Shown one piece after another: positions 1-13,545 of a stretch of 64,000 nucleotides of DNA (positions are counted from its first letter, which is position 1; the number at the start of each line of letters is the position of its first letter). Position numbers and translations under genes: made by a program. Origin of the DNA: Nymphaea colorata (lineage: Eukaryota); assembly GCF_008831285.2 (NCBI RefSeq), contig NC_045138.2:33356001-33420000 (forward strand). The letters are read 5' to 3'. The notes under the pieces were generated by a model, which saw only the letters and a program-made list of their open reading frames with translations, was not told where the DNA came from and ran no database searches.

Positions 1-300
1 GCTTAAGAAAACTTCAAAGTTCTGGTGAGTTGGGAACGATTTTCTGGAGACGTGTATTCAAGGGTGTACATTGATAGTGAAAGGAACTCCATTTTTACCT
101 CAAGTGCTGCCTCCAAAACAAAAACATTATCAGCAAAACTATCTGTTTTTACCTGTTATTTTTTTTTAAATCTAGTCACTTTTTCATAGTTGCTTCGGAT
201 GTTTAGACTGTTTTGATCTTCCGATGTCAAGTTACATCTTCCACCATAATTGCTTAACGTCTTTTGCTCGTCATTTTGCTCACAATTGATTTACTTGCAG

Positions 301-430
301 TGGGCCATCAAGGTTTGACTGGGATCAAGGAAGTCATGCATGGATTTACAGGCGAACGAAGGCAAACCTGTTGTCTCTTCTGGAAAACGAGCTGGCTGAG
401 CTCTGTGGTGAACCCCTTAGTCTTTCATAG
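301..430 (+). CDS. FH: Frataxin (mitochondrial iron chaperone), last coding exon; rest of gene lies left of the window
   Basis: Acceptor ttgcag ends at 300. From 302 the frame reads GPSRFDWDQGSHAWIYRRTKANLLSLLENELAELCGEPLSLS* (TAG 428-430), matching the plant frataxin C-terminus (S)GPSRFDW..AWIYRRT.A.L..LLE.EL..LCGEP..LS. Too short for the ORF track. Confidence 0.92.
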
Positions 431-3400
431 AAACATTGAGACATGACTCAGCCAGGTATTTAGCTGGAAACTTATGGCTCTTCCACATATGACAACATCT
501 TTGGAGCTGCTGCCTGAAATATCAGCCTTGGGCTTCCTTGATGTGACTGGTCTCTACCACTTGATTTATAACTGAGCTTGGTGTTTTAGCTAGATAAGAT
601 TTTGTTTGTCTTTCTGCTTTCCTGATTGTAAAGGAATTGTCGTGGAGTGCAATTGGTTGGCAATGAGATAAACCTGCTTTCTGATATTTAAATGCTGCAG
701 TTGGTGCTTTGGATTCGTGTTACATGATGTTCATTGGCGTAAGAGGTAATCATGTGGATGCAGTACCAAACCGTTACTCCTCAGGTCGTGGGACACGTCA
801 CCATAGCCCACTTTAGGAACGGATGGCTTTTTGGAATTGGAGGGAAAGAAAAAAGCCATTTTCAAGTCGTGGCACCCACTTGGACGGTCTTCCTTTGGTG
901 TTTGCCATCCATCCACTTCTCAAATGGCTGCTGGGTACCCAACTCCAAGGCTATCTCTACTTTGTTCTTCTTCCCGGCAGGCAATTTTGTATTCTTTTTT
1001 TACCACTTTGTTTCCTTTTTGTTTTTCTCTCTAGTTGTTTGGTTGTGGTGTGGTTAATTTAAAAGCCGTCGGGGACAGAAGCAGGTTTTAAAAATCTTGT
1101 AATTTTCACTAAAATGTTTCTGGGCAAAAAGAAATGTAAAGGACCTTCTCAAATCTTATTATCATCTTATATTTCTCATATATTTATCATATATTTATAC
1201 TTTAATATCGTCTTGTTTGTTATAATTGCATTTAAAAATTTGAGTTAACTGCGTCATTATATTCCTGAGAATCTCTTGAGAATAATATGCATGGTTTTGA
1301 ATGATTGGTAACGAGACTTGTCTATCCCTATTACTCCATACTATTATTTCGTAGCCCGTGATGCTGCGTGCAGTTGTGTTCCATCCACCAGGTGTGGCAA
1401 TCTGTGATATATCCTGAAATTTATTGTAACTATGAATAATCTCCCTTTTTTCCGAAGGGTTAAGGTGAACTGTAAGGATAAATTCTCATTTCAGGCTATT
1501 TTTCCAAAAAGGCCTGTTATATATATTAAATTCCTAACATATCGGTGTTTTCCATTTACACGGTTCGGTCCTTATTGAGTCCATAGTTGAGTGTATCGTT
1601 GATGCGATATGCTGGTCCTTATGTCGTTGTTTTCTCTGGGCACGGTACCTAAAATAAGTAGTGGTAGTTTTTGTGACTTGAAAAATCTCATGTGAGTTCC
1701 AATAATGAAAACAAGTGAAGTTTGCCGTGCAACAAACAGTACTATCTTTGCTGTCTTTTGTTTTACGTCAAGAGGGATACGGATTAGTTGCTAAGTCACT
1801 ATGCCTACTAAAACTTGCACGCTTTTGAACCTCCTAACGCTGGTTGGTGCTTTTACTTGTTTGCCTTTATATGAATGTTTTGTTATATTTCACTGTTGTC
1901 AAACAACTCGTTAAGACCGATGGATATTCTAATGGACCAATGTAGCAGTTGGGCCCCTCAATTTGTTGTGAAGGGTGCATCCATTATGCGTTTTAAAATC
2001 CACGCTCCATTTTGTCCATGCCTATAAACTATCAATTATTTAAAAAAAAAAGTTCGTTTTGAGGCCCACCAGAGCTCCGCGCAAACAGCTATGTGATGCA
2101 GTCAAGGAAAACAAATAAAGAGAGGTGTAGAATTGAAAAGACGAAACCGAAGTGAAGAGAAAAAGATCGGATAAGATCTTTGGAGATGGTCTACTTGATT
2201 CTTTGAATCCAAAAGTTTCGTTCTTCATGGGAATTTAGGGCGTTTTAGGACAGCATTCTTAAATAGCATTTCGAAGACAAATGCCATTTGAACTTCAAAA
2301 CATCATTTTAAAGCGTCTTTGGGTGATTTATTAAAATCCAGTTTTACTAAAAAAAAAAAAAAAGCTTTCAAAAGAAAGCGAATAACTTTACACCGCTTTT
2401 GGGCTGTGATCCAAACACAGAAACCAGGTTTCAATGACTACTAAAAACGACAAGCTTTTTAACAGAATCTAATATTAAAAAACAAAAGACATTTTTTTGT
2501 AAGGTATCATCCAAAAACTACTTAGGCCTTTCTTTCTAATGAAGCAACCAAACCTTGGGTCTTTATTTCTTTTTTCCAAAGATTTTGAAGGAAAACCTTT
2601 TTCAAAGAACCGTTGCCAAGAGGTGCAATGCATCTCGGAAGTTTCAAAGTCAAAATCATATGCGAGTTGCGTTCTCGCCGGAACCTTTGTTCATTTCGGT
2701 TGTCATTATTGAGAAGTATGCAGACAACTTGCCCAAGTCGGCGGAAATCGGGGCATTACGCTTAGGAGAGAGTGGCTTTCATGGGCGAATTGCCGCTGCT
2801 TTCATTGACCGTTGCGGACTCCCTTGGAATTGCTTTTTTCTCACGTTGATGCTGTGTTGAGAATTGGATAGAACATGAAGACGCCTTTACTTGTTGCGGA
2901 GGCAAAGCCATGGAGAAATTGATTTTCCCAATTGGCAGAGAAACAATCTTCACAGGTTTTACAGCAAACAAGAAGTTGTTTTGCCAAAAAATGGTTCATG
3001 CTGAAAATTAACTCTCAACCAACTGATTGGGCGTTGGTTTCCTTGGCAAATTGAGGAGAAAAGTAACCAGGAAAACAAAAAAAAGATTGGGAAGCCAATT
3101 CCTTATCAAAAAACGGAAACCAGGCGAGCCAGACAGTGGGGCAAAGTTAAAACAATAAGTGCTGCCCGAAATAGCGGAAGGCGCTCGGCAATGATGGACA
3201 TTTTTTTACATTAATTTACCGGGAAACAAGGAGGAAGCATTCATGAGGTTAATTATTGAACCATCATATGTTTTTTTTTTTGGACTAAAATTAAATTGGA
3301 GTTGCAAATTTTATCAGCGGAAAGAAGCCAAGATGGACCAATTTTGTGGCTGTAGTTGCTCGAATTTGGATAACCTAAACATATATTGGAAAGCAAAGAT

Positions 3401-5493
3401 ATGGTCGAAGTCGGTGTTGCGAAAAGAACAAATAAAGTTTGTTCACATCCTCACCTGCCACTCTCTTTGCGGTGAAAAAGTAGCCCAAGAAGAGGTTTTC
3501 AAAATGTCTACAATCACGGCCGAAATTCTTCTACTCAGTGCAGTTTTACTTTTCTTTGCTTCTCATGCCAAGCAGAAGTTCCGTTCTCCTAATTCAATTA
3601 TTCTGAAGCCGCATCCCAATTATCATTGGATGCAGAAGATGCGCCACCATGGATCTTTTCATAATCGTTTTAGTAATTACAAAGCCTGTTGGATGCTTTA
3701 AGATATCTAGAGAGAACTTTGTAAGGAATTTTATCAAAAATTATAGATTTACTAAAAACCAACAAAACAGCAGCATCTGGCTGCCTATAAGCTTGTAATC
3801 AGGAACACTGCCAAATTCATGAGTTCCACTAAAATAGCCGCTGCCTTTTCTTTTTCCTGCATTTCCCCTTCGTTTGTGTTCTTTTGGTGTCCTTTCAGTG
3901 AGAATTAAAATGAGGAACTCTAATAACTGCGTCAGTAAGACCCAAGCCAAGTAGATCTTCGACCTACTTATGGCCGTCTTCATATTACTTGCCGTTGCTC
4001 GAGTAAAATTAAATTGGTTGAAGGAGCCTTCACATCAAAATTCATTGTTATAAACGCGACAGTAACTTCTCAGAGAAATCTTACTCATTTTTGTTCATAT
4101 ACATATCGTTTGTCGAATTGTCTCCTTCTCTCTAACTAGAGAGAGAGTGAAGTGGCAAGCAGAGTAGGTATAGTAAAATGCATTCAAGTCTGAAATTAAA
4201 TTCATCACACTAAAAATTGAAAAATCCTCAGACCAGATACAAACCACTTGCAACTCTTGGAGAAAGCAAAGGACAACAGCTTCATAAAACCCGCATTGCT
4301 TGGCCGCATCCACAGGCTCCTGGCCCCCCATGCATCTGTTATCATGTCGGTCATAGCCACACCAGCGAGCTGAAAGCTCCAGGACGCAGCAGTTTTTAGC
4401 TTGTGGAGGAGCTCAAGCTGATCAGTTTGTGGTGGCTCCGCATCTTGGGCTCCACCAACGTCGGTCCCCTCTTTTTGTTGTTCAGTTTTGGCTTTCATCA
4501 TAAAGAAGAAATTATATGTCAGTAGGCTGTGACCCACAACTTGGATTTCCAGAAAGTTGACTGGTTCACATTCATCACGGCGTCACCGCCGAATCAAAAC
4601 ACAGAAGCAGAAGATTTCTCCCGCAAGAATCAGGCCGGGCTGATCTCTATCTATATAAATATCTATGGGTTCCACGAATTTCTCCATTCCATGCATGCCC
4701 CTATCGATGTCATGGCAGAAACAGCGAGAGTGAGGTGTACAAGGATGGATATCCATATTTCCTGTGCCTTCAATGCTAATGAGTTCCACGCGATCGGCTT
4801 TTCCTGTTTGAAATTCCTTTTTAAGAACAGCCGCTGCACCTTGTAATTGCATTTCTTTCAGTTCCGTGATCAATTTGCTTCTCTGTGGACTATAGCCAAT
4901 CCGTTCTTCGAGTTTATCCAACGATAAAAGCAACCATAAAGTCCTTCCGATGGCCGATTTGAATTCAAATTCTGATTTTTACAGCAGTGGGGCCTCCAAA
5001 AAAGATGCGCTCGGGAATCAAGAAAAGAAAGATGATCATGAAAAACAGGTTATAGAATAAGGAGAATTATATATCTTGGACGATTTCTCGGTGCGCCAGT
5101 TGATGTTATTGCATCCGACCACAAGGGGCCCAGCACCACCAATCTAGAGCGAGGTTGGCTTCATGGTTCACATGTAGCTCTTCATCCTACTTGAATAAAT
5201 GTTTATTAACATGTACGTGTGTTAACATTTAGCCACATGATTCAGACGTGAGCATGTGCTCATGGTGGGTTCAGACCTCAATTAGGCATGCACTCAATAA
5301 TTGAGAACGTTTGATGTTCTGCATAATATTCTTTGGCTCATATATAGGACATGCACATGTGAAGAACACAGGTGAGATTTGTGAGTATGATCATAAGGCA
5401 AGGCAAGGACCCATGAAGCCTTGGTCTTCAGCATTAGGATTATGGGCACGGGAGATTGCATGGTACGCTTGGAATTTCATGATCAGCATGGCC

Positions 5494-5653
5494 CAGTGGT
5501 GGAGCTACTACGTTGTGGCTAGTCTGCCCACACCATCAGCCCACAAAATTTATTATATATATATATAATCTTAATTTTCAGTTTTCTACATATGAAAGTT
5601 TGAAATTTAAACTTAAGAGTACTCCTTAGCTAAAAATTTCTGGCTCCGCCATG
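5494..5653. mobile_element. Degenerate ~160-bp MITE-like element
   Basis: Imperfect terminal inverted repeats CAGTGGTGGAGCTA (5494) and TGGCTCCGCCATG (5641-5653) flank an AT-rich core containing a (TA)n run. Confidence 0.4.
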
Positions 5654-8600
5654 ACTGGTTTGCTTTCGTTGAGGAAATATTAGCCCCTTGTTGGTAGGAG
5701 GAAAAGAAACTGATATGATAACATACAGCCATGGGGAACATCACCACATATATTTACTGAATGTTTATATCAACTTTTCTTTGGATCTAAAATTCATATA
5801 CAGTATCCATACGTATGAAAATTATCCATATACTCTTAGAAATGATAATTAGACCTCACCCAGTTGACCACAATTATGGATCTGTCCCGCAGAACGAAAT
5901 GTATAAATTGATTACAAGACACGCAGACACAAAATTAGATTTGAAGTAGTCATAACAGTGATTTTCAACCCCTGAATTTGGTATGTGATAAGCGCTTATC
6001 GAAAATTGTGAATCTTCCTGCCGGAAAAAGAAGAAAAGTTGCAGATCCGGCGGTCCTTAACTTTCAAGGGACACATATCCTTGAGAGACGCATACTATAC
6101 TTTAATCGGCTGTATATTTGTGCTGGGGATAAAGTCTTAGAAAATGTTTCAAGTGTCTCCAAAGTATCTCCTTCATTCATATGCTTTCTGCAGAGAGACA
6201 GAGAGAGAAGCTAACAGAAATAGGAAGCTTAGATGTGGAGCAAAGCAAGGAAGGTGGGAGCACTCAAATTTGCACGTCTCGACAAGCAAACTTTATCAAA
6301 GGAGAAAAAAGGACACGGCAAAAGAGGGTAGATGCTGTTGTGGGACAATGGCTACAATAAAATTTACTGCCCATCGCTCAGGCAATGCCAGCACACGTTA
6401 CGGAAACCTACCATTGAGGCTCTCTGCAGGGCCATCTGTCAAACTTAGGAATTAATCAAGATCTTTTTCTAGTCCCATCATAGCTATCATCCACAGTCAA
6501 GCCCCCTAGATGAATAAGCAAAGTCTTGAAAAGAAGGTGAACCACATACCTAACTAGAATTTGTGGCCACAACTAAGATGTCCGGACCAAGTTGGTCAAT
6601 AGGGCCAAGCGTAGGTCCACAAGATGGTGGTTCCACGAACCAAGCAGTCGCCTATCGCTTCATGTCCAATGAACACAAGCAGATATGAGGGCTAGTTGCA
6701 ACGAATGTAAGCTGCCAATCCGTCCAACTTCCCCCTTTTGAGCATTAAAAGTATCTCAGAATTGGTGGTGCTTGATTTGCATTGAGGAGACAGGAATAAT
6801 ATTTTAGAACAGAAAGAACAAGGCGAGCCACATGGTAGTGAGCCCACATTCACATTTTTATTTTCTTGCATCTCGTTCATTCACCATGTTTAAGAAAGTT
6901 ATCATTACAAGGCACTCATCGTGGCTGGAGAAATGAGCAGCAAAGCTAAACGGGCGAAGCCAAATATAGACGATGACACGTCCCTAGGTTTGTGTGACGA
7001 GTTGCAATGTTTGTCCAAAAAACTGGAGAGGCCGATGCATTTCTTTTGTTCACATTTTTAATCAGAAAACTATTGTAGTTGCACCGTTCTTTGAAGCACT
7101 GAAATTGAGCAAGGATTCAAAAATAGTGACTCAATGTATCCATGATCTGTTCTTGTAAGCATGGGCGCAGCAGAAATCTATGAGAGGACGAACACCATTT
7201 AGATACATGTTCATCTTTTCCCTCGAGAGGATCTTCGATCGTTTTAGCAATCTCTTAACCAGGGGCCTAAAATAATAAAATTTATTAATCTTTCTGGAAG
7301 AAATGGTATCATCCCAGAGAAAGAAAAAATTGTTCAAGTTGATCAGTTTAATAAGGGAAGCAACAGTACCAGTTCTTAATATCAGCCACAAGTTTTTCCA
7401 CGGATTTAAATAACAAGGGACAAGTGGTCAAGGGCTGTCATACTCTCTCCCTGCCTTTTAAAGGGCATCTTAGGATCACTCATTTTCTTTACACATACAC
7501 ATATGCTTCTGTTTCCAATTCGTACAATAAACATGTAATAAAAGAATACTTTTTTTTTGAGGCCCAAGAGATCAGAACTAGGACTCGTATATATATATAT
7601 ATATATATAACTGTGTTGTTTGACGGGATAAAATATAAGAAAGGAAGAAACCAACGAGGACAAAAATATTCCAGTAGATGAGCACCAATTAAACAATATA
7701 ATTTTTCCTTTGGAATAAAAATAAATCCGTGTACTAAGGCCCTAGCTTTACAGTTCCTAAACCGGCTTCAAATCCGAGTCCAAATTTACCGGGCGAAAGC
7801 AAATGCTCCACAGAAACTTAAAGGGAATAGACAAATTTTTTACTGGCTGAATAGAAACACAAAAGAATTCTCCCGCCGAAGCCCTTAACGCCTAACGGTT
7901 CCAGCTCCTGCCCTCGTCGCCTCAATCATTAGATTCTATAGAAAAAACGCATGGTTCCCATAACTCCAGGTGGCCTCACCCATACTTTTTAAAAAAGACG
8001 CATCCCGCATGCGTCTTTACGGCGCCCATACGGTTTCTGAAAAAAAAAACTGTAAGCAATCTTATCTCATCTTAAGGAAAATAAAATTAATTATTAAAAG
8101 CTTGGATTTCTCCTCATAAAATGGACCCTCTTAACCTAAAACCAATTTATCATGGATAAAGCCACTAAACCGAAGAAAAAAAAATTCCAGAAAGAATGAA
8201 AATTTTGAGGGACCACGAAAGCCACGACGATAGAGGAAGAAAAAAGAAAGGCTTCTCAAAAGACGCGATCTAAAATCGTACGCTAGACAGCAAAAACAGA
8301 AAAACCATAAACCGAGACAGCCAAAAGCATCCGTCGCTCATTTCCCAGCCATTTATGTCAAATCTCAAAACCACGATGACATCAGAGTCTCGAACATCCC
8401 ACGAAACAACCAACAGCTCCTCGACCGAGTCAGACCGAACCTACCCGCCTACATTACGAATTTTACAACTTAGCAACTCCTGAAATGGACAAGCCAACTG
8501 CTGGAGCGAAGAAAGCAAACCACGAATTGTCCCGACTCCCGAATGCCACACAAAGACGAGGATGGTTTGCTCACAAATGAGAGAAACACAGACAGAGGTG

Positions 8601-9396
8601 ACGTGTTCCCGCGAAGACACACGAACATTTAAGGGGGAGAGAGAAGGGAGGGAGCAGTCAATAAAAATCACCAGTCTGGCCCATGATATAAAATCGAAAC
8701 AGAGCGAGAGGCAGGAGACGGAAGGTGCAGGCAAGTTGTGACCTGAAATCAGTTCAAGAATCTACCCCTAATTTTAGCGACAGCACCAATCCCACCACCA
8801 AAACGGACAAAAATTAAAAGGAGAAAATGTGAGCCACATTCAGAGGCCTTCACTTTTTCACCCCCAGTGAGCAAAGACTACTCACCTAAAGAAGGTTAGG
8901 TAGATGGAGGTTACTTCCTCCGTCCTGCTTCAAGACATTTCAAAGCGATCAAAGGCCCACAAGGGACCAGCTGGAACAGCGGCAGCCACATCCTTCCCAC
9001 CAGAGACATGCCTCACCTGCAGGACTCGGCATTTACTGACACTGACAAAAGAGTACCCACTTGGCTTCAAAGTGCATGCATGAGCTGCACACTGCAATAT
9101 TTCTCTCTCTTTTGGCTGGTGGAAGTCGAACTTGAGATCTCGCTTTCCTCAAACTTAACTCTCAATGCATGCACAGTCAAAACAAGTGAAGACAGCAAGG
9201 AAGATGATGTAGAACAAGAACAAGAGGAATGATCACTAATTCTTTTCAAATTCTTCTTGATAATATCAAACTTGGCCGCAAATTTACTTTAACACTGTCA
9301 GTGGTAATGAGTGAGGTTAGATATCGAAGACTTAATAGCAAAAAGACGAAGGCGAATGCCTTCCCCTTTTCCTTTTTTTCTAATTTTTAGGTCTTT

Positions 9397-10619
9397 TTAC
9401 ATCGGACGACTTTCAGAGCCATCGGAGACCAGATCGACGGCGGAAAGTGATTCTTCTCTGCGACTGCAGGTGCCGACCGCGCTGCTGGTCCTTTCGACTC
9501 TTTTCCACCTCTCGTTCTGCGTGATTCTCAGAGTGCCCGCCAGCTTAGTCCTCGAAACAGTCACCGCCTCTCTCTCGCCGGAAGTTATCTTCCGATCCTT
9601 CGGCGCCCTAGAAGGAGTAGGAGACAGCTCACCATCCTCACTTGTGTCATAGTTAGCCTGAGACGATGAGCGTCCGACCTTTTCCTGCAGATACAATTTC
9701 TGTCAGATAGACGTCTATGGGAAAATCTCAGTGAATTCCAGATTGTGATCAACAATCTCAACAAATCCAGCATTTCCAACGCGACTTACAGAATACGAAT
9801 AAAGATCGCAACGAAATGAGCACAAAAATGAGGTAGAGAAAGTAAATAAAAATATAGGTTTTCCTTCTTCCTCTAAGGCCCAAAGGTAGAATTGAACTTG
9901 AAGACAAAAGCATCCGAAAATGACGAAATCAGGAATGATAGTCAAAATCGAACGATGAAAACCCCTAATCTCCACAAAATCAATCTATCCATCGTCCATC
10001 ATCCACTTCAACTTCCAAGATCTATGATCGAAAATGAAACAATACAGAGATAAGTACGAACCTGATGCAGGAAATCCTCGTCCTCACGCCTCCGTTTCAT
10101 CGAGACGGTCGTAGAAGTCCGGAAGTAGCCCCGACCGTGGCCGGAGGACTCGTCTTCACTGCTAAGGCTTCCTACCGGTCCGGAGAGCGACAAAGACGGC
10201 GTGGACGTCCAAGGCACCACCTGGTTCTCCCCGTCCTCCTCCTCCTCCGCCTCGTCCTCATCATCGTCGTCGTCGTCGTCGTCGTAGTCGTAGTCGTAGT
10301 CGTCTTCATCCTCGACCGTCTCTATCTCATCCGCCCTGCCGATCGCTCTTTCCCCGCTGTCGACCTCGACATCCGACGCTTGCCGTCGGCCGCACCTCCC
10401 GACGCACTTCTGGCACACGGAGACGGTCGGACCGAGCCGGGCTCCGGCAGCCCGCCACGGCGTGGGCGCCTGGCAAGCCTGGCACAGGAGGCTCCTAGTG
10501 TGCCTCGCCACGAGGAAGTTCGCCGAGTGTACCTTGGCGTCGCAGGTCCAGCAAAGGCTCGCCTGATCCGACTCGCAATACATCCTCGCCGGTCTCTGGC
10601 ACAGCTCGCACTCCTTCAT
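9397..10619 (-). CDS. BBX28: B-box zinc finger protein, BBX28/BBX29-type (single B-box, acidic tract, VP motif), ~281 aa
   Basis: Exon 1 10619-10062: MKECELCQRPARMYCESDQASLCWTCDAKVHSANFLVARHTRSLLCQACQAPTPW..LGPTVSVC, then a D/E tract and ENQVVPW. Donor CAG|gttcgt, phase-0 intron, acceptor ctgcag|, exon 2 9684-9397 ending in a stop. An in-frame upstream ATG at 10727 could add 36 aa. BBX28 and BBX29 cannot be distinguished by eye. Confidence 0.9.
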
Positions 10620-10849
10620 CTTCCCCGCTCTCAACTTCTCACTCCGCTCAGAAAAACCCTTACCTCTTGCTCTCCCTTCTTCTTCTCCTGCTTCTTCTTC
10701 TTTCAATTCCCCCAAAAGAAATCCCATCCCCGTTTGTTTATTCCTGTTTGTTTCCCTATTTCAAAGAAAGGACTCCGCGCTGGAGAGATGGTTTCCATTT
10801 AAGGCCAGGCGCGGAGCGCGGCCTATCAGGCTCGGCGTCCTCGGGTGTC

Positions 10850-11607
10850 CACGTGGCAAAATCGGCAGCGTTGGTGTGGAAGTCTATCCAACATCCCGCT
10901 GATCTTTTGTTTTCTTTCTCGGGTGGCAGTGACGTGGCGCCCAGCTGGGAGAGAATGATCGCGCGGTCCGACGTGGCCGTCGCTCGTCCACGGCAAGGCC
11001 GGAGCACGTGAAGTGCGCATGGGAATTATCGTTGTTGCGGCTGCTTCTTTCCTTTCAATATTCTGCAGGCAGGCACAGGCAGGCAGGCATGCTTAGTTTG
11101 TTGGAAAACAAACTTCGCCTTGATTTCACAAGTAAACCTCGAGTCTCTGTATTATTGTTATTATTATATGTATACAAGCTGTAGGAACGCACCAGATGCG
11201 TGAGTTGATCCAAGTCTGGGCTGGGCGGAATAAGGAAGGGAAACAAACGGTCCACAGGGTTCGTGCGGACGGAAGCTTAGCTTAGGGAGCCGCAAAGGTG
11301 GGGCCAACAGGGCCGCGTGGCACGAGGAGCGCCAATGGTTGAGGCCTTCAACCCATGTGAAGGCTCGCCGCTCCGCTGGACTCCACACCCCCCCCCCCCC
11401 CCCCCCCGCCTTCTGATGACGTGGCATGCCTTACTGGAGCGAGACTATTTTACTGAACCGCCCCGGGTCTTAAGTTTCTGGAACGCAAGCGAAGGCGACA
11501 GCTGAGGTGAGGCCTCTTCTCTTCTCGTCGTTCAAAGTTGTGAGAAAGGGGAGCATATCATATGGGTTGGACAAGTAATCCAGAAATGTTGAACGCAAAA
11601 ACGTGGC
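10850..11607 (-). promoter_or_regulatory. Cluster of G-box/ABRE-type ACGT elements upstream of the BBX gene
   Basis: ACGTGGC at 10851, 10932, 10971, 11419 and 11601, all in the same orientation. CACGTG at 10850 and 11005. Confidence 0.55.
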
Positions 11608-13154
11608 TGCTCCCAGAATGGTAAAACTTATCACCATGAAAAAAATTCGTCACCCATCCCTGTATAACTGTGGATGGGAACATGGTTTTTGTTTTCTAGT
11701 GAAATTTTTTCGTGTCGAGAAGTTTCCGGCAATCGCAAGGTCGTCAGGGAAAATACATGCACATTTAGCCTCTCGAGGGTCTGAAAGGACGAGACTCAGA
11801 GTACGCCACCAAGAAACGAGTTGATGATTAGGTAGGTGCGTTTCTCGGCAGGACGCGCAAGGGGGACTGTTTCCTGACCGGGTTGCTTCTTCAAAGCCCC
11901 GCCGATAGCGCACCTAGAGCCATCAAGTTGGTTGGCGGGCTCGAATCCATGAATAGACTTGGGAAGAGTGGATGTAATCTTCTCCTAGACTTGGACCATA
12001 AACGCCGTTCCAAAGATACTTCGTTCAAAGCATATGAACATCTGCACCTATAAACAAAAAAAAAAAAAAAGTTGTGTTAAGTCTCCATTAGTTCAAGACA
12101 CTGCTTGTCAAATAATTGCTACTAATCGAGCGGTGGCATACTTTAGTTTTGACAGCAGCGATGTGACTGTGAATCTAATTTAACACAGCTCTGTTCATCA
12201 TGGTGACTTGAAGCTTAAGCCGGACCACGAATCCAAATTATTATAAGTTTTTTTTTCTTTCCCTTAGCTAATGTGCACCAAGTTTTAAATATCTAGACAG
12301 CTGCCACGGGGATTCAAGAGCTAGAAGCAGCTGCCAATACGAAGGAGAAATACGTTAAAAGATTAAAGCTGAAAACGAAGGGCTTACGTAAGGGTTAAGC
12401 TACTTACCGTCCGGGAGATTTTTATTTTTTGCCAGGCAACAAACGAATAAAAATGGTAAAAAAATTTTTGGCTGAATTTGAGTTGACGTATCGTTCACGT
12501 CTCGGTGGTTGTCGAGTGTACTCCAAGCGGTCGATGGGGGCCTGCTTTGGACTGAAGCTCAATCAGACCAAGCACTTGTCCAACTCAAGTCGCACTAGAC
12601 GGAGACTAGGGACGCAATTTTGCTCGCTTGTTTTTTCTTATATACTTCAACATCCTTCCTTACTTCCACTTAATATGGGCAGAAAAATTCAATTAGCAGC
12701 GGCTCGCCCCTTGTTTTCTGACCTTTGTTTGATCGATTACTAGATGTCCGTTGTTTCGACTGCTCCTTCAGGTGCGCAGCGTGGCGTTTGCTGTGGACCT
12801 CTGTCACAAAGGCATGGGCACCCGCCGCTATATGCTGCGATATCATCCAAATCGGGATAAGATTCCTCAATTCATTATTTATTTTCACATTCAATGTGAT
12901 ACATATATATATAATATTTTTGATTGTCGACACTTGATAATAGATCGTTTTGTTGAGCTAAAAAGGGAGTAGGATTAATGTCAAATAGATGAAATATGAA
13001 AATTCATGCCTTGAACTCGTAGCTAACTTTTATGACATGATACAAGAGATAGGTTATCTTACTCGAATCGAGAGGTTTGAGTATCTACCTTTGAATCACA
13101 ATACTCCATCCGCTATGGAGTGCTACGCTTGTACAGGAGTAATTTGCATAACTC

Positions 13155-13545
13155 TGGTTGAGTCAACTCTGGTTCGACTCAAACTCGCTTGAAAAAACTT
13201 AGCTCGTGCTCGACCCGTTTAGAAACAAGCTGAGTTCAAACTTACAAAGATATTCGAAAAGATAAACAAGTTCGTTTATATTCGATTCCACTTGCAAACC
13301 GGTACTCTATATAATCTTTATCAAAATCGATTCATTGGTTTTTTTAACTTTTAGGGTAAAAACAAATTTTCACAAGTAACAATGAATTAACGCTTATACG
13401 AGTTAACGCTAACATGAGTTAAAATTCAACCATTAATGCCTAAATGAGTTAAAATAGTTACACGAGTCGAGTTCAAGTTTAATTTTATTTAGTCGAGTCG
13501 AGTTCCAGTATGTTATAAAGAGCTCAACTTGAGTCAAGTTCAATC
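13155..13545. mobile_element. Degenerate MITE-like element built from CTCGA/TCGAG/GAGTT sub-repeats
   Basis: The left end is rich in ttcgactcaaactcg/agctcgtgctcgac motifs. The right end is rich in the complementary cgagtcgagttc motifs. A similar motif set occurs at 23266-23580. Confidence 0.35.

Noticed and set aside
4205..4933. Minus-strand ORFs of 110 and 116 aa
   Set aside because: No recognisable domain or coherent splice structure; the track's starts are non-ATG codons. Likely intergenic.
10065..10802. 245-aa + strand ORF with a poly-Val run
   Set aside because: Antisense shadow of the GC-rich BBX exon 1; the poly-Val is the complement of the Asp codon tract.
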